Assembly (NCBI GenBank): GCA_046483025.1 | Contig: JAWODZ010000105.1 | Span: 7,206-71,205, forward strand | Direction: 5' to 3' | DNA from: a bacterium | GTDB taxonomy: Bacteria > Zhuqueibacterota > QNDG01 > CAYUAG01 | Length of the DNA stretch: 64,000 nucleotides | In this document: one piece after another, positions 8,810 to 19,439 of the stretch | Position numbering within the stretch: position 1 is the first letter of the stretch | How the letters are laid out: every line of letters begins with the position of its first letter | Translations under genes and position numbers: made by a program | Notes under the pieces: model-generated | The model's input: the letters and a program-made list of their open reading frames with translations, nothing else | Database searches by the model: none | Told to the model about the DNA's origin: nothing

Positions 8810-9988
8810 TCATATCTCCTTTTTTTTATTTGAAAGAGGACTGATTTCACGCAGGTTTTCTACTACATCTTTTATTTCCTGTACTGCCTTAGTGATGTCC
8901 GCTCTGGTGGTATAACGACTCAGGGTGAATCGTACAGATCCGTGTGCTCTTTCATGATCACCGCCAATACCCAGAATTACGTGACTTGCTTCCAGAGAAT
9001 TACTGAAACAGGCAGAGCCGGTGGAAAGGGCAAATCCTCTCATGTCCATATGCAGGGTAATGGATTCTCCCTCAACCTGATGAAAGGTCAGGTTGGCATT
9101 CTGGGGAAGGCGGTTTGTCCGTGGTCCGTTGAGGGTTGTATCAGGAATTTCACTAAGAACTTTATCTATTAAATAATCTCGTAATTCCATCAACTTCTTG
9201 TTTTCTTGTGGGGTAACCAGCTCAGCAGCTTTAGCAAATCCAGCTGCACCTGGTATATTTTCTACACCAGCCCTTCGGTTGAATTCCTGAAAGCCTCCAT
9301 CAATCAATTTAAGAATAGGAGTATCTTTTCGGATGTATAATCCACCAATACCTTTGGGTCCATGAATTGTGTGTGCAGAGACAGTGAGAAGATCAATATT
9401 ATATTTATTTACATTAAGGGGTAATCGGGTAAAAGTATGGGTGGCATCTGTATGGAATAAAACTCCTTTGGATTTACATAATTCTCCGATTCTTTCAATA
9501 TTTTGTACGGTTCCAATCTCCTGATTGGCATGCTGAATGGAAACCAACAGGGTAGAATTGGTTATTTTTTCTTCCAGTTCTTTAAGATTAATAAATCCTT
9601 TGTCATCAACTGGTAAATAAGTAATTTTAAAACCTTCTTTTTCCATACGTTTCATGCTGTTAAGAACCGGGAAATCTTCAATAACTGTGGTTATGATATG
9701 ATTTTTATTTTTATGAACAGAGTTCTCAGCCAATCCTTTTATGGCCATATTACCGGATTCTGTACCTCCTGCTGTAAATATGAACTCTTCTGGATTTGCT
9801 GCAATAATCCCCGCTAGTTTTTCTCTAGCCTGTTCCAGTGCTTTTTTTGATCTAATACCCATGGAATATCCGAATTCTGAAGAAGCAACTGCATAGGTAT
9901 CAAAAAAATAAGGTTTCATGACTTCCAGAACTTCTTCATCCATTCTGGTAGCAGAAGAATTATCCAGATATATTGTTTTTTTATTCAT
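8810..9988 (-). CDS. nifS: Cysteine desulfurase NifS/IscS
   Basis: Class V aminotransferase fold, PLP-Lys region SAHTIHGPKGIGGLYI, active-site SSGSAC-like LSTGSAC. Confidence 0.85.
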   Translation of the reverse strand: MNKKTIYLDNSSATRMDEEVLEVMKPYFFDTYAVASSEFGYSMGIRSKKALEQAREKLAGIIAANPEEFIFTAGGTESGNMAIKGLAENSVHKNKNHIITTVIEDFPVLNSMKRMEKEGFKITYLPVDDKGFINLKELEEKITNSTLLVSIQHANQEIGTVQNIERIGELCKSKGVLFHTDATHTFTRLPLNVNKYNIDLLTVSAHTIHGPKGIGGLYIRKDTPILKLIDGGFQEFNRRAGVENIPGAAGFAKAAELVTPQENKKLMELRDYLIDKVLSEIPDTTLNGPRTNRLPQNANLTFHQVEGESITLHMDMRGFALSTGSACFSNSLEASHVILGIGGDHERAHGSVRFTLSRYTTRADITKAVQEIKDVVENLREISPLSNKKKEI

Positions 9989-9999
9989 GATTTTCCTAC

Positions 10000-10419
10000 T
10001 TAAATAAACAGTGTTAAAGAGGATTCTCTGGCTTCTTTGATATAAGTTCCAACTGCGCAGTAATCTGAGATCAGATCTTCTCGGAGGTCATTTTTACTGA
10101 TACCCATAATTTCCATGGTCATATCACAAGCCAGTACTTTCCCACCTAATTCAACATAATTTTGAAAAAGTTGGTCCAGGGATTGAACTCCGGATTTTTT
10201 TATTTTTCTCTTTACAAACCATTTCCCAAAACCGAGAAAATTCATTTTAGATAGAGGACCATTCTCCAGACCGTTTTTCTTTAATCTTTCTAAACCCCAG
10301 AAGGTGAAGAATATGGAAACTTCCATTCCCATTGCCAGAGCCCCGGATCCTATTATAAGAGCACTATAAGTTTTATCCATATCACCGCTGTGCAAAACAA
10401 GTGTCGCTTTATCTTTCAT
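10000..10419 (-). CDS. DsrE/DsrF(TusD)-like sulfur relay protein
   Basis: ~140 aa DsrE-like fold protein downstream of tusA, with strong RBS ggggggatgaa before MKDKATL. Confidence 0.55.
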   Translation of the reverse strand: MKDKATLVLHSGDMDKTYSALIIGSGALAMGMEVSIFFTFWGLERLKKNGLENGPLSKMNFLGFGKWFVKRKIKKSGVQSLDQLFQNYVELGGKVLACDMTMEIMGISKNDLREDLISDYCAVGTYIKEARESSLTLFI

Positions 10420-10430
10420 TTCATCCCCCC

Positions 10431-10652
10431 TTATTTTTTTATTCTGATTTTCCATCCTGCTGGTTCATCTTCTACAGAGAGAAGTTTTAATCCCATGGCT
10501 TCAACAGCCATAGGGATTTCTTTTTTTGAAGCTTCGTGGTCACCGATAATTTCAATAATTTCTCCGGAAGAGGCTTTGTTGATTGCTTTTCTGGTTTCTA
10601 CAAGAGGAACAGGACAGGTTTCATTTATACAATTTACTTTTTTGGTTGCCAT
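10431..10652 (-). CDS. tusA: TusA-like sulfur carrier protein
   Basis: CPVP motif (MATKKVNCINETCPVPLVETRK), ~74 aa, first gene of the minus-strand operon. Confidence 0.7.
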   Translation of the reverse strand: MATKKVNCINETCPVPLVETRKAINKASSGEIIEIIGDHEASKKEIPMAVEAMGLKLLSVEDEPAGWKIRIKK

Positions 10653-10825
10653 TAGTTTTTCCTTATACTTATTTTTGGATCGTTTCATTAACAGAGAATT
10701 TATTCCCATATTCCCTATTAAAACTATAGGAAATATAGGAAATTTTTTTTAAAATGTCAAGTTTTTTTGTTTTTTTGCATTGTTTGTTTTAAGAGTTTTT
10801 ATTATATTTACTCCGCAATTTCAAT

Positions 10826-10900
10826 CGGGGCGTAGCGCAGTCCGGTTAGCGCGCATCGTTCGGGACGATGAGGTCGAGAGTTCAAATCTCTCCGCCCCGA
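10826..10900 (+). tRNA. tRNA-Pro (anticodon CGG)
   Basis: Hand-folded cloverleaf: acceptor CGGGGCG/CGCCCCG, U8, D-stem GCGC/GCGC, anticodon stem CATCG/CGATG with loop TTCGGGA (CGG, G37), T-stem GAGAG/CTCTC with TTCAAAT loop, discriminator A. CCA not encoded. Confidence 0.85.
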
Positions 10901-10988
10901 CGGAATTTTTATTAATTACATTAAATACGTTTAACTGAGTCCTTATATAAAAGGAAGCAATTAAATTGTATATGAATGTTAAAAGAGA

Positions 10989-12056
10989 ATGATTCTAATA
11001 ATCAAAGGGAGAGAACCTATTAGTAAAATATCAATATTTAATTCAAAAGAGATTTTCCGAAATCTTCTTTTTTTTGGAGGTTTTATAATAATAACTTTTT
11101 ATTGTTTAGTTTTATTCATGCCATGGAAAACTTCTAATACTCTACAGCAGGTTTATGTAACTATACACAGAGGGATGACCCCTCGTGATATTGCTTCTTT
11201 GTTGGAAGATAAAAATATTATTGCAAATCGTCATTTTTTTGTTTTAGGAGCAAAACTGTTAGGGGTATCAAGGAAGCTGCAGGCAGGAAAGTATTCTTTT
11301 AACGGTAGTATGTCTAATTATGTAGTCTTGAAAAAATTTTATGAAGGGGATATTCTAACAAAAAAAATTACTATTCCAGAAGGATTAACAGCCAACAGAA
11401 TAGCAAAAATACTGAATAATACAGTCGGAATTGACTCTTCCCGGTTTATGGATTTTGTAAATAATCCGAAATTATGTGACTCCTTGGGAATAAATGCTCA
11501 ATCATTAGAGGGTTATTTATATCCTAATACATATAGATTTTATGAAGACATAAGTGCTGAAAGGGTGATTACTCATCTTATACACAATTTTAAAAATGAA
11601 TTTAATGATACTTTACAACACAGAGCTGAAGAAATGGATATGAAAGTACATGAAGTGGTGACCTTAGCCTCTATTGTCCAGGGAGAAGTAATGGTAGACA
11701 AAGAAAGACCTATAATTGCAGCTCTCTACCTTAACAGGCTTGAAAAAGGAATGAGACTGCAAGCAGATCCCTGTATTCAGTACATAATTGATGGTGGCCC
11801 CAGACGTTTACTGGATAAGGATCTTGAAATTGATTCTCCATATAATACTTATATGTACAGTGGATTACCACCAGGCCCTGTTAATAATCCGGGAATTGCC
11901 TCCATACGCGCAGTATTATTCCCGGCACAGGTAAATTATTTGTTTATGGTGGCAAATGGTGATGGAACTCATACTTTTTCAGAATCACTTCTTGAACATA
12001 ACAGAGCAAAATTGAAATTTGATCGATATCGTAATAAGGTAAATCGAAAAAAATAA
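10989..12056 (+). CDS. mltG: Endolytic murein transglycosylase MltG (YceG family)
   Basis: N-terminal TM anchor, YceG-like domain with LYPNTYRF and catalytic region. Start codon uncertain. Confidence 0.7.
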   Translation: MILIIKGREPISKISIFNSKEIFRNLLFFGGFIIITFYCLVLFMPWKTSNTLQQVYVTIHRGMTPRDIASLLEDKNIIANRHFFVLGAKLLGVSRKLQAGKYSFNGSMSNYVVLKKFYEGDILTKKITIPEGLTANRIAKILNNTVGIDSSRFMDFVNNPKLCDSLGINAQSLEGYLYPNTYRFYEDISAERVITHLIHNFKNEFNDTLQHRAEEMDMKVHEVVTLASIVQGEVMVDKERPIIAALYLNRLEKGMRLQADPCIQYIIDGGPRRLLDKDLEIDSPYNTYMYSGLPPGPVNNPGIASIRAVLFPAQVNYLFMVANGDGTHTFSESLLEHNRAKLKFDRYRNKVNRKK

Positions 12057-12074
12057 TTAAGACAGGAATTTTTT

Positions 12075-14267
12075 GTGAAAGATTCTTCAGCCATACTTGA
12101 TAGTCTGAATAGTGCTCAGCAGCAAGCGGTAAAAACTACTGATGGACAGCTATTAATCCTGGCCGGGGCCGGTAGCGGCAAAACCCGGGTAATAACGCAT
12201 AAAATTGCCTATCTTATTAATAATAATTATGCTGCTCCCTGGGAAATACTTGCAGTTACTTTTACCAATAAAGCAGCAGAGGAAATGTTGAACAGGGTAG
12301 TTCCTTTTCTGAAAGACAAAAAAGGATTATGGATAGGAACTTTCCATTCAATTTTTGCCAGAATTCTTAGATTTGAAGCAGAAAAGTTGAAACTCACTTC
12401 CAATTTTGTAATTTATGATACAGAGGATAAAAAAAAACTTATAAAAAACATTATTGAAGATCTTACTTTTGACAAAAATCAGTTTCCCCTGAATGCCATT
12501 TGCAGTTCTATCAGTAAGTTAAAAAATCAGCTTATAGACCAACGTGATTATGAGGATATGATTAAAACTCCTTTTGAACAGGTTGTTTTTCAGGTGTATA
12601 CAGAGTATCAGAAAAGGACTAAACAGAATAATGCCTGTGATTTTGATGATTTAATAACTATTCCCATAAAGTTGTTTAAAACTAATCCGGATGTCTTACG
12701 AAAGTATCAAAAAAAATTTAAATATGTTTTGGTGGATGAATATCAGGATACAAATTATGCCCAGTATAAACTGATTCATTATTTATCAGGCCTTCATAAG
12801 AATGTATGTGTGGTAGGAGATGATGATCAATCCATATACGGATGGAGGGGTGCAGATATCAGGAATATTTTGGAGTTTGAAAAAGATTTTCCGGAGGCAA
12901 AGGTTTTTCGGCTGGAGCAGAACTATCGATCTACAAAAAATATTCTGAAAGCTGCACATTCTCTAGTTGTAAATAATCAGGGAAGAAAAACTAAAGAGTT
13001 ATGGTGTGAGAATGATCAGGGTGAAAAGTTAGTTGCTTTGAATGTATATGATGAACATGATGAATCTGACACAGTTGTTGAAAAGCTTACACAGGAAGTA
13101 TTTAAAAATAAAAGAAGTTTTGGTGATTTTGCAATTCTTTATCGAACCAATTCTCAATCCCGAGCCCTGGAAGAAGGATTAAGACGTAATAACATAGCTT
13201 ATGTCATTGTGGGAGGAGTAAGGTTCTATGAACGAAAAGAGGTTAAGGATATTCTGGCCTATTTAAAATTTATCTCTAACCCGAAAGATACCCTAAGTTT
13301 ACTGAGAATTATTAATTTTCCTAATCGGGGTATAGGAAATAAGACCATACAAAAATTGAAAAAGTGGGCTGCAAAAAATCGTATATCCATGTTTGATGCC
13401 ATGAACAGAGCTGATGAGATTGAAGAAATCTCAAAAAAGAGAAGGGAAAAGATTAAAGAGTTTTATAAATTAATAAATAAATATATTAGTTTAAAAAAGG
13501 AAATATCTCCTAATGAACTCACCCATGCGCTGGTTGATGAATCTGGTATTTTACGGAAATACAAGGAAGATATCACCTCTGATGGTCGGGAAAGGGCAAA
13601 TAATATTAAAGAATTTTTAGCTGCTGTCAGTGATTATGCTCTTCATTATGAGAAGCCTACACTGTCTTCATTTTTAGAACAAGTATCTTTGATAACGGAT
13701 ATTGACTGCTGGGATACAAAAGCTAATGCGGTTACCTTAATGACCTTGCATTCAGCTAAAGGACTTGAATTCCCCATTGTTTTCATAACCGGCATTGAAC
13801 AGGGATTATTCCCTATTTCAACATCCCTGGATGATCCTGACAAGCTGGAAGAAGAACGCAGACTTTTTTATGTTGGATTAACCCGGGCTAAAGAAAGAGT
13901 CTATCTTATATGGGCAGAAAACAGACGAAGATTCAGAGATGTTGAGCCGCAGGAGCCTTCAATGTTTTTAGATGAGCTGGATCCTTCTGTGCTTATTACC
14001 AGTAGTTCGGGGGCAAAAGGACAACAGGTAAAAAGTAAGAAAAAAGCAATGTACAGTACTGATGCTAAGACCGGGTATGATGAGTTCTCTCAGGAGATAC
14101 CTTCAATACGACCGGGTGTGAAAGTTGAGCATGAAGTGTATGGACGGGGTAAAGTAGTGAAGGTTTCAGGTAAGGGGAAGACCCAGAAAGTAGTTGTATC
14201 GTTTCAGAACGGAGAAAAAAAGAAATTTTTAAGTAATTATGCCCGGTTCACTATTTTAACGGAATAA
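12075..14267 (+). CDS. pcrA: ATP-dependent DNA helicase, UvrD/PcrA/Rep family
   Basis: Walker A AGAGSGKT, DEYQDTN, helicase motifs throughout, 730 aa, GTG start. Confidence 0.8.
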   Translation: MKDSSAILDSLNSAQQQAVKTTDGQLLILAGAGSGKTRVITHKIAYLINNNYAAPWEILAVTFTNKAAEEMLNRVVPFLKDKKGLWIGTFHSIFARILRFEAEKLKLTSNFVIYDTEDKKKLIKNIIEDLTFDKNQFPLNAICSSISKLKNQLIDQRDYEDMIKTPFEQVVFQVYTEYQKRTKQNNACDFDDLITIPIKLFKTNPDVLRKYQKKFKYVLVDEYQDTNYAQYKLIHYLSGLHKNVCVVGDDDQSIYGWRGADIRNILEFEKDFPEAKVFRLEQNYRSTKNILKAAHSLVVNNQGRKTKELWCENDQGEKLVALNVYDEHDESDTVVEKLTQEVFKNKRSFGDFAILYRTNSQSRALEEGLRRNNIAYVIVGGVRFYERKEVKDILAYLKFISNPKDTLSLLRIINFPNRGIGNKTIQKLKKWAAKNRISMFDAMNRADEIEEISKKRREKIKEFYKLINKYISLKKEISPNELTHALVDESGILRKYKEDITSDGRERANNIKEFLAAVSDYALHYEKPTLSSFLEQVSLITDIDCWDTKANAVTLMTLHSAKGLEFPIVFITGIEQGLFPISTSLDDPDKLEEERRLFYVGLTRAKERVYLIWAENRRRFRDVEPQEPSMFLDELDPSVLITSSSGAKGQQVKSKKKAMYSTDAKTGYDEFSQEIPSIRPGVKVEHEVYGRGKVVKVSGKGKTQKVVVSFQNGEKKKFLSNYARFTILTE

Positions 14268-14291
14268 AAAAGATAACTAACCAGTCATAGT

Positions 14292-15023
14292 ATGGTTTTG
14301 ATTATCATAATTATTATTTTTACTGCAACCTTTGTGCAATCAACCTTTGGTTTTGGAAGTGCATTGATTATGATGCCATTTTTAACAGCTCTGACGGGAA
14401 TAAAGACTGCAGTACCCCTGGCGGCTTTGGTCGCTACTACTATCCATATCACTATTCTTATACATAAATGGCGGGAACTGGATTTAAGGGCTGCCTGGAG
14501 ATTAATAGTTGCATCTTTAGCTGGAATACCTCTGGGTGCTTTTATACTCAGATTGGGAAACGAAGTCTATCTGAAATGTATCTTAGGCCTGATAATAGTC
14601 ATTTTTTCCTTGTACTATCTCCTTAAACCAGCTCTGCCTTTACTTAAAAATGAAAAGTATGCTTATGTATTTGGATTTTTTGCCGGTATTTTAGGAGGGG
14701 CTTATAATACCAATGGTCCACCGGTTGTCATTTATGGTACCATGCGCAGATGGAATCCGAGAGTTTTCCGGACCACTATGCAGGGATACTTTTTCCCTAC
14801 CGGTCTGCTTTTGTTATTCAGTCACTATTCGGTAGGTCTGTGGACTGATACGGTCTGGCATAATTATCTTATTGCTTTCCCCTTTGTTCTGGCAGCTGTA
14901 TGGGCGGGAGCAAGACTCAATGCAAAAATATCTTCGGGAAAATTCGATAAGTATATTTACATTTTTTTGGTTTTAACCGGTATCAGTCTTGCAATTCATG
15001 CTGTAACCCAATTGATTTACTGA
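14292..15023 (+). CDS. TSUP (TauE/SafE) family membrane transporter
   Basis: Polytopic membrane protein with duplicated G-rich motifs (GFGSAL, GILGGAYNTNGPP). Confidence 0.7.
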   Translation: MVLIIIIIIFTATFVQSTFGFGSALIMMPFLTALTGIKTAVPLAALVATTIHITILIHKWRELDLRAAWRLIVASLAGIPLGAFILRLGNEVYLKCILGLIIVIFSLYYLLKPALPLLKNEKYAYVFGFFAGILGGAYNTNGPPVVIYGTMRRWNPRVFRTTMQGYFFPTGLLLLFSHYSVGLWTDTVWHNYLIAFPFVLAAVWAGARLNAKISSGKFDKYIYIFLVLTGISLAIHAVTQLIY

Positions 15024-15278
15024 TTTGATTATAAATTTTTTAATTAAGATGACCTGCTTTCAGGCAGAATTAACAGGATAGGCGATACAGTAGCTATTCA
15101 GGTATCGGGGATGCAGGCAGGGTGAGTTCAGGGTTATATTTTATAACTTAAAAGAGATAATAATTCACCAATTCAAGCACACCAGCTGGGTAAAGGATTG
15201 TCAGAAATTGATTTTTTAAGGGTGTGAAAATTATCAGATACAAATGGATATTTGTCCAGAAAAGCCGAGATTAAATTC

Positions 15279-15307
15279 TTGACATTTACTATATTAATCC
15301 TTAAAAT
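15279..15307 (+). promoter_or_regulatory. Sigma-70-like promoter for thrB-thrC
   Basis: TTGACA, 17 nt spacer, TAAAAT, ~30 nt upstream of the thrB GTG start. Confidence 0.4.
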
Positions 15308-15336
15308 CGACTTTATGCAAAAAAAAGAGTTTTCAT

Positions 15337-16266
15337 GTGATCTCAGAAATAAAAATTTTTGCTCCGGCAACAGTTGCAAACGTAGGCTGTGGATTTGATA
15401 TTTTAGGATTTGCTCTTCAACATCCGGGTGATTACGTAACTGTCAGAAAGATACATGGGAGTGAGGTCCGTATTAAAAAAATTACCGGAGATGAAGGTAA
15501 ACTCCCCCGTGATCCGGATAAGAACACAGCCGGAGTTGCTGCGATGGAATTTTTAAAGAAATTTAATATTAAATCCGGAGTAGAGCTGGAAATCCAAAAA
15601 GGAATGCCAATGGGAAGCGGTTTGGGCTCAAGTGCTGCCAGTTCTGCAGCAACTCTTTTTGGATTGAAGCATATTTTTCTTCATAACACTGATAGGAAAC
15701 AGCTTTTATCCTGTGGATTACAAGCAGAAGCTGCAGCCTGTGGATATCCTCATGCTGACAATATAGCTCCTTCTCTTTTGGGCGGATTAGTGCTTATACG
15801 GAGTTATGATCCTCTGGAAGTTATTCCCCTGAGTTTTCCGGAAGATTTGTTTTGTACAGTGATCTGTCCACATATCGAACTTAAGACCAGAAAATTACGG
15901 GAGTTATTGCCGGAAAAAGTGCTCTTGAGTTCAGCGGTGAAACAATGGGGTAATGTGGCCGGGTTAATTATCGGTCTTGAAAAAAAAGATTATGTTCTGA
16001 TATCCCGATCTATGGAGGATTATATTATTGAGCCGGTACGATCTGCATTTATACCTTTTTTCCAGAAAATAAAATCGTGCGCACTTGCCAGCGGTGCTCT
16101 GGGATGTTCAATTTCAGGTTCGGGACCATCTGTTTTTGCCTTAAGTCAGGGCAAAGATACTGCTGAGATGGTATCAACATCAATGGCAGACATTTATGAA
16201 AAACATAGTATTTCTTATAAAATATATAATTCATCCATTAATAGAGAAGGTCCCAGATTATGCTGA
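15337..16266 (+). CDS. thrB: Homoserine kinase ThrB
   Basis: IKIFAPATVANVGCGFDILG N-terminus, GHMP kinase motif PMGSGLGSSAA. Confidence 0.85.
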   Translation: MISEIKIFAPATVANVGCGFDILGFALQHPGDYVTVRKIHGSEVRIKKITGDEGKLPRDPDKNTAGVAAMEFLKKFNIKSGVELEIQKGMPMGSGLGSSAASSAATLFGLKHIFLHNTDRKQLLSCGLQAEAAACGYPHADNIAPSLLGGLVLIRSYDPLEVIPLSFPEDLFCTVICPHIELKTRKLRELLPEKVLLSSAVKQWGNVAGLIIGLEKKDYVLISRSMEDYIIEPVRSAFIPFFQKIKSCALASGALGCSISGSGPSVFALSQGKDTAEMVSTSMADIYEKHSISYKIYNSSINREGPRLC

Positions 16267-16296
16267 AAGTAGCGTAGGTCAGAGTAAGGAGGTCAT

Positions 16297-17601
16297 TTGT
16301 TTTATTATAGTACAGAAGATAAAAAACATACTGTTAGTTTAAAAGAAGCAGTTTTGCATGGTATGCCCAAGAAGGGGGGGTTGTATCTTCCGATGCATAT
16401 CCCCCAGGTTCCCGAATCCTTCTTTAAAAAAATAAACGGATTAAATTTCCGTGAAATATCTTTGACTTTAGCAAAATTATTACTTAATGATGATGTTCCG
16501 GATGCTGTACTTGATAACATTGTGAATGATGCCCTTTATTTCGATACTCCCCTGGTTGCTGTTAACCATCAGATAAAAACTCTCGAACTATTTCATGGGC
16601 CTACTTTGGCTTTTAAAGATGTGGGTGCCCGTTTTATGGCCAGGTTAATGTCTTATTTTATATCAGGATCAAATAAAAAATTGAATATCGTTGTAGCTAC
16701 TTCCGGTGACACAGGAAGTGCAGTGGCTCATGGTTTTTTCAAGATTCCCGGAATTAATGTATTTGTTCTGTACCCTTCCGAAAAAATAAGTGAAATTCAG
16801 GAAAAACAGATTGCAACACTGGGAGAAAATATTACCTGCATGGAAATTAAAGGCAGTTTTGATGATTGTCAGACATTGGTTAAGCAGGTATTATGGGATA
16901 CTGATTTTACTGAGGAATACGATATTACCACTGCCAATTCCATAAACATTGCCAGATTACTTCCCCAAATATTTTACTACTTTCGGTTATATTCTCAATT
17001 GAAAAAGGAGCCTCAATATCTAACAGTGTCTGTGCCCAGTGGTAATTTTGGTAATTTGACCGCAGGGTTAATGGCAAAAAGGATGGGATTGCCGGTGTAC
17101 AAATTTATTGCATCCACAAATGTAAATGATGTTGTCCCAAAATATCTGAAAACAGGTGTCTTCAGATCGCAGCCTTCTCAATCTACCATATCCAATGCCA
17201 TGGATGTGGGGGATCCCAGTAATTTTGTCAGAATTTTTGAACTCTATCAGGGGGATTTAAATAAACTGCGGCACGATTTATACGGTGCAGGATTCAATGA
17301 TCAACAAACCCGGGAATGTATGAGAAATATTTTTAATAAATATGGATATATCTGTGACCCTCATGGAGCAGTGGGTTATTTAGGATTAAAGGATTATCTT
17401 AAAACAGATGCTCAGATCGATACAGCAGTTTTTTTAGAAACTGCACATCCGGCAAAATTTAAAAATATTGTTGAACCTGAAATTAGCACAGAAGTTAAAA
17501 TTCCCGATAGATTAGAAAGGTATTTGAAAAAAGAAAAGAAAACTATTCGTATTAATAGAAGCATTGAGAGAGTAAAAGATTTAATAGCTGAGAGAAATTA
17601 A
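16297..17601 (+). CDS. thrC: Threonine synthase ThrC
   Basis: PLP fold, FKD lysine motif (TLAFKDVGARF), long-form ThrC. Confidence 0.85.
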   Translation: MFYYSTEDKKHTVSLKEAVLHGMPKKGGLYLPMHIPQVPESFFKKINGLNFREISLTLAKLLLNDDVPDAVLDNIVNDALYFDTPLVAVNHQIKTLELFHGPTLAFKDVGARFMARLMSYFISGSNKKLNIVVATSGDTGSAVAHGFFKIPGINVFVLYPSEKISEIQEKQIATLGENITCMEIKGSFDDCQTLVKQVLWDTDFTEEYDITTANSINIARLLPQIFYYFRLYSQLKKEPQYLTVSVPSGNFGNLTAGLMAKRMGLPVYKFIASTNVNDVVPKYLKTGVFRSQPSQSTISNAMDVGDPSNFVRIFELYQGDLNKLRHDLYGAGFNDQQTRECMRNIFNKYGYICDPHGAVGYLGLKDYLKTDAQIDTAVFLETAHPAKFKNIVEPEISTEVKIPDRLERYLKKEKKTIRINRSIERVKDLIAERN

Positions 17602-17735
17602 TAGTTAATTATGTGATTTTTGTCAACATTTTTATTTTTCAATTTGAAAAATCAATTTTTTTGTTTAATATATATCTGTGGTTTGTCAGTTATGAAATAT
17701 ATTGATTAGCTAATCTTAAAAAATACTTGTCAGGT

Positions 17736-19439
17736 ATGCTTAAAAATCTTTACGTTAAAAATTTTGCCCTCATTGATGAATTAAAAGTTAATTTTGAGAA
17801 AGGATTGAATATTCTTACCGGAGAGACCGGAGCGGGGAAATCCATTATCATCGGTGCATTAGGAGCATTGTTAGGTGATAAAGTTGATAAGGATTTTATC
17901 CGGCAGGGGAAAAGCAAAGCAGTAGTTGAAGGAAGTTTTCGAGTATCCGATCAATTAATAAACAGCATAAAAAATCTAAATGTTGATTTCAACGATAATG
18001 AATTAATTCTCAGAAGAGAGATTAAGAAAGATACCCGGAGCAGAACCTTTGCCAATGATTCTCCCATAAGCATATCAGTATTACAGGAAATAGGTGATCT
18101 TCTGGTAGATTTGCATGGTCAGCATGCACATCAGTCTTTGTTGCATGTAAAAAAACATATTGATTTTCTTGATGATTATGGAGTAAGTGATAATTTAATC
18201 GATGCAGTGAATCAGTCTTACAATTCTCTTTCAAATTTTAAAAAACAATTAAAAGAACTGACTGAACAGGAGAGGCAGTTAAAAGAAAGAAAAGAGCTGT
18301 TGGAATTTCAGGTCAAAGAGATAGAAGGGGTGGGGCCGCAGTTGGGGGAAGAGGAAGAACTGGAAAAACAGGAGAATATTTTAAAAAACAGTGAAAAGAT
18401 CCATGAATTATCCAATCAGTTAAGTGAAGTACTGTATGAAGGTGATAATTCCGTTTATGAGAAAATTGCAGAAGCAGAGAGCCAGCTTTCCTCTCTTTCC
18501 AGCATCGGATCGGATTTTAATAAATGGGCTGAAAGCTGCAACACAGCCGGTGTGTGTATTGAGGAGGTAGTTAAAAGTCTTCAGGAGTTTGCCGAAAAGA
18601 TTGAATTTGATCCTCAGGTAATTGAGGAAATCAGAGAGAGATTAGGACAATTTGCTCTTTTAAAAAAGAAGTATGGAACAACAATCGATGAAGTACTAAA
18701 ATTTTGTAAAAAGGCTGAAAACGATCTAAAAAAGATTGATTCTATGGAAAGTGATATTGAACAGATTAATCAGGAAATCAAGAATGAAAAGACCAGACTT
18801 GCTGGTTTGGCTGCAGAACTGTCTGAGAACAGAAAAAGTTCTGCTAAAGAGCTGGAAGAAAAAACAGTTAAGATCTTCTCAGAACTGGGACTAAAAGGGG
18901 GAGTTTTTAAGATAGAAGTAATGCCACAGAAAGACCCGGAAGGAGATATTACGATAGATGATCAGAAGTATAAAGTTACTAACCGGGGAATAGACAGGGT
19001 GGAATTTTTTATCTCACTTAATCCGGGAGAAAAACCAAAACCCCTGGCAAAAATTGCCTCCGGCGGCGAGATATCCAGAATTATGCTGGCTTTGAAAAAT
19101 GTACTGGCTGAAACGGATAATATTCCGGTATTGATTTTTGATGAAATTGATTCCGGTATATCCGGGAGGGTTGCTGGAGCAGTGGGAAATAATTTAAAAG
19201 AGGTTGCCCGGAAACATCAGATTATCTGCATCACTCATCTTCCCCTGATTGCTTCTTATGGGCAGACACATTTCCGGGTTGAAAAAAGAGCAGAAAATAA
19301 CAGAACGTCAACTCATATTTATAGTCTATCGGAAGAGGAACGGGTCCAAGAGCTGGCTAAGTTGATTGGCGGAGAGATGATCAATGAAACAACCCTTCAG
19401 AATGCACGGGACCTTTTAGGAGAAGCGGAGGATAGATGA
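17736..19439 (+). CDS. recN: DNA repair protein RecN
   Basis: SMC-like: Walker A GETGAGKSIII, central coiled coil, C-terminal signature and Walker B (LIFDEIDSGISG). Confidence 0.85.
   Translation: MLKNLYVKNFALIDELKVNFEKGLNILTGETGAGKSIIIGALGALLGDKVDKDFIRQGKSKAVVEGSFRVSDQLINSIKNLNVDFNDNELILRREIKKDTRSRTFANDSPISISVLQEIGDLLVDLHGQHAHQSLLHVKKHIDFLDDYGVSDNLIDAVNQSYNSLSNFKKQLKELTEQERQLKERKELLEFQVKEIEGVGPQLGEEEELEKQENILKNSEKIHELSNQLSEVLYEGDNSVYEKIAEAESQLSSLSSIGSDFNKWAESCNTAGVCIEEVVKSLQEFAEKIEFDPQVIEEIRERLGQFALLKKKYGTTIDEVLKFCKKAENDLKKIDSMESDIEQINQEIKNEKTRLAGLAAELSENRKSSAKELEEKTVKIFSELGLKGGVFKIEVMPQKDPEGDITIDDQKYKVTNRGIDRVEFFISLNPGEKPKPLAKIASGGEISRIMLALKNVLAETDNIPVLIFDEIDSGISGRVAGAVGNNLKEVARKHQIICITHLPLIASYGQTHFRVEKRAENNRTSTHIYSLSEEERVQELAKLIGGEMINETTLQNARDLLGEAEDR

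Noticed and set aside
10390-10752. Plus-strand 120-aa ORF
   Set aside because: Antisense to tusA and the dsrE-like start; hydrophobic nonsense translation.
17602-17735. Possible LexA/SOS box upstream of recN (ctgtggtttgtcag)
   Set aside because: Does not match known LexA consensus geometries (CTGT-N8-ACAG or GAAC-N4-GTTC) convincingly.
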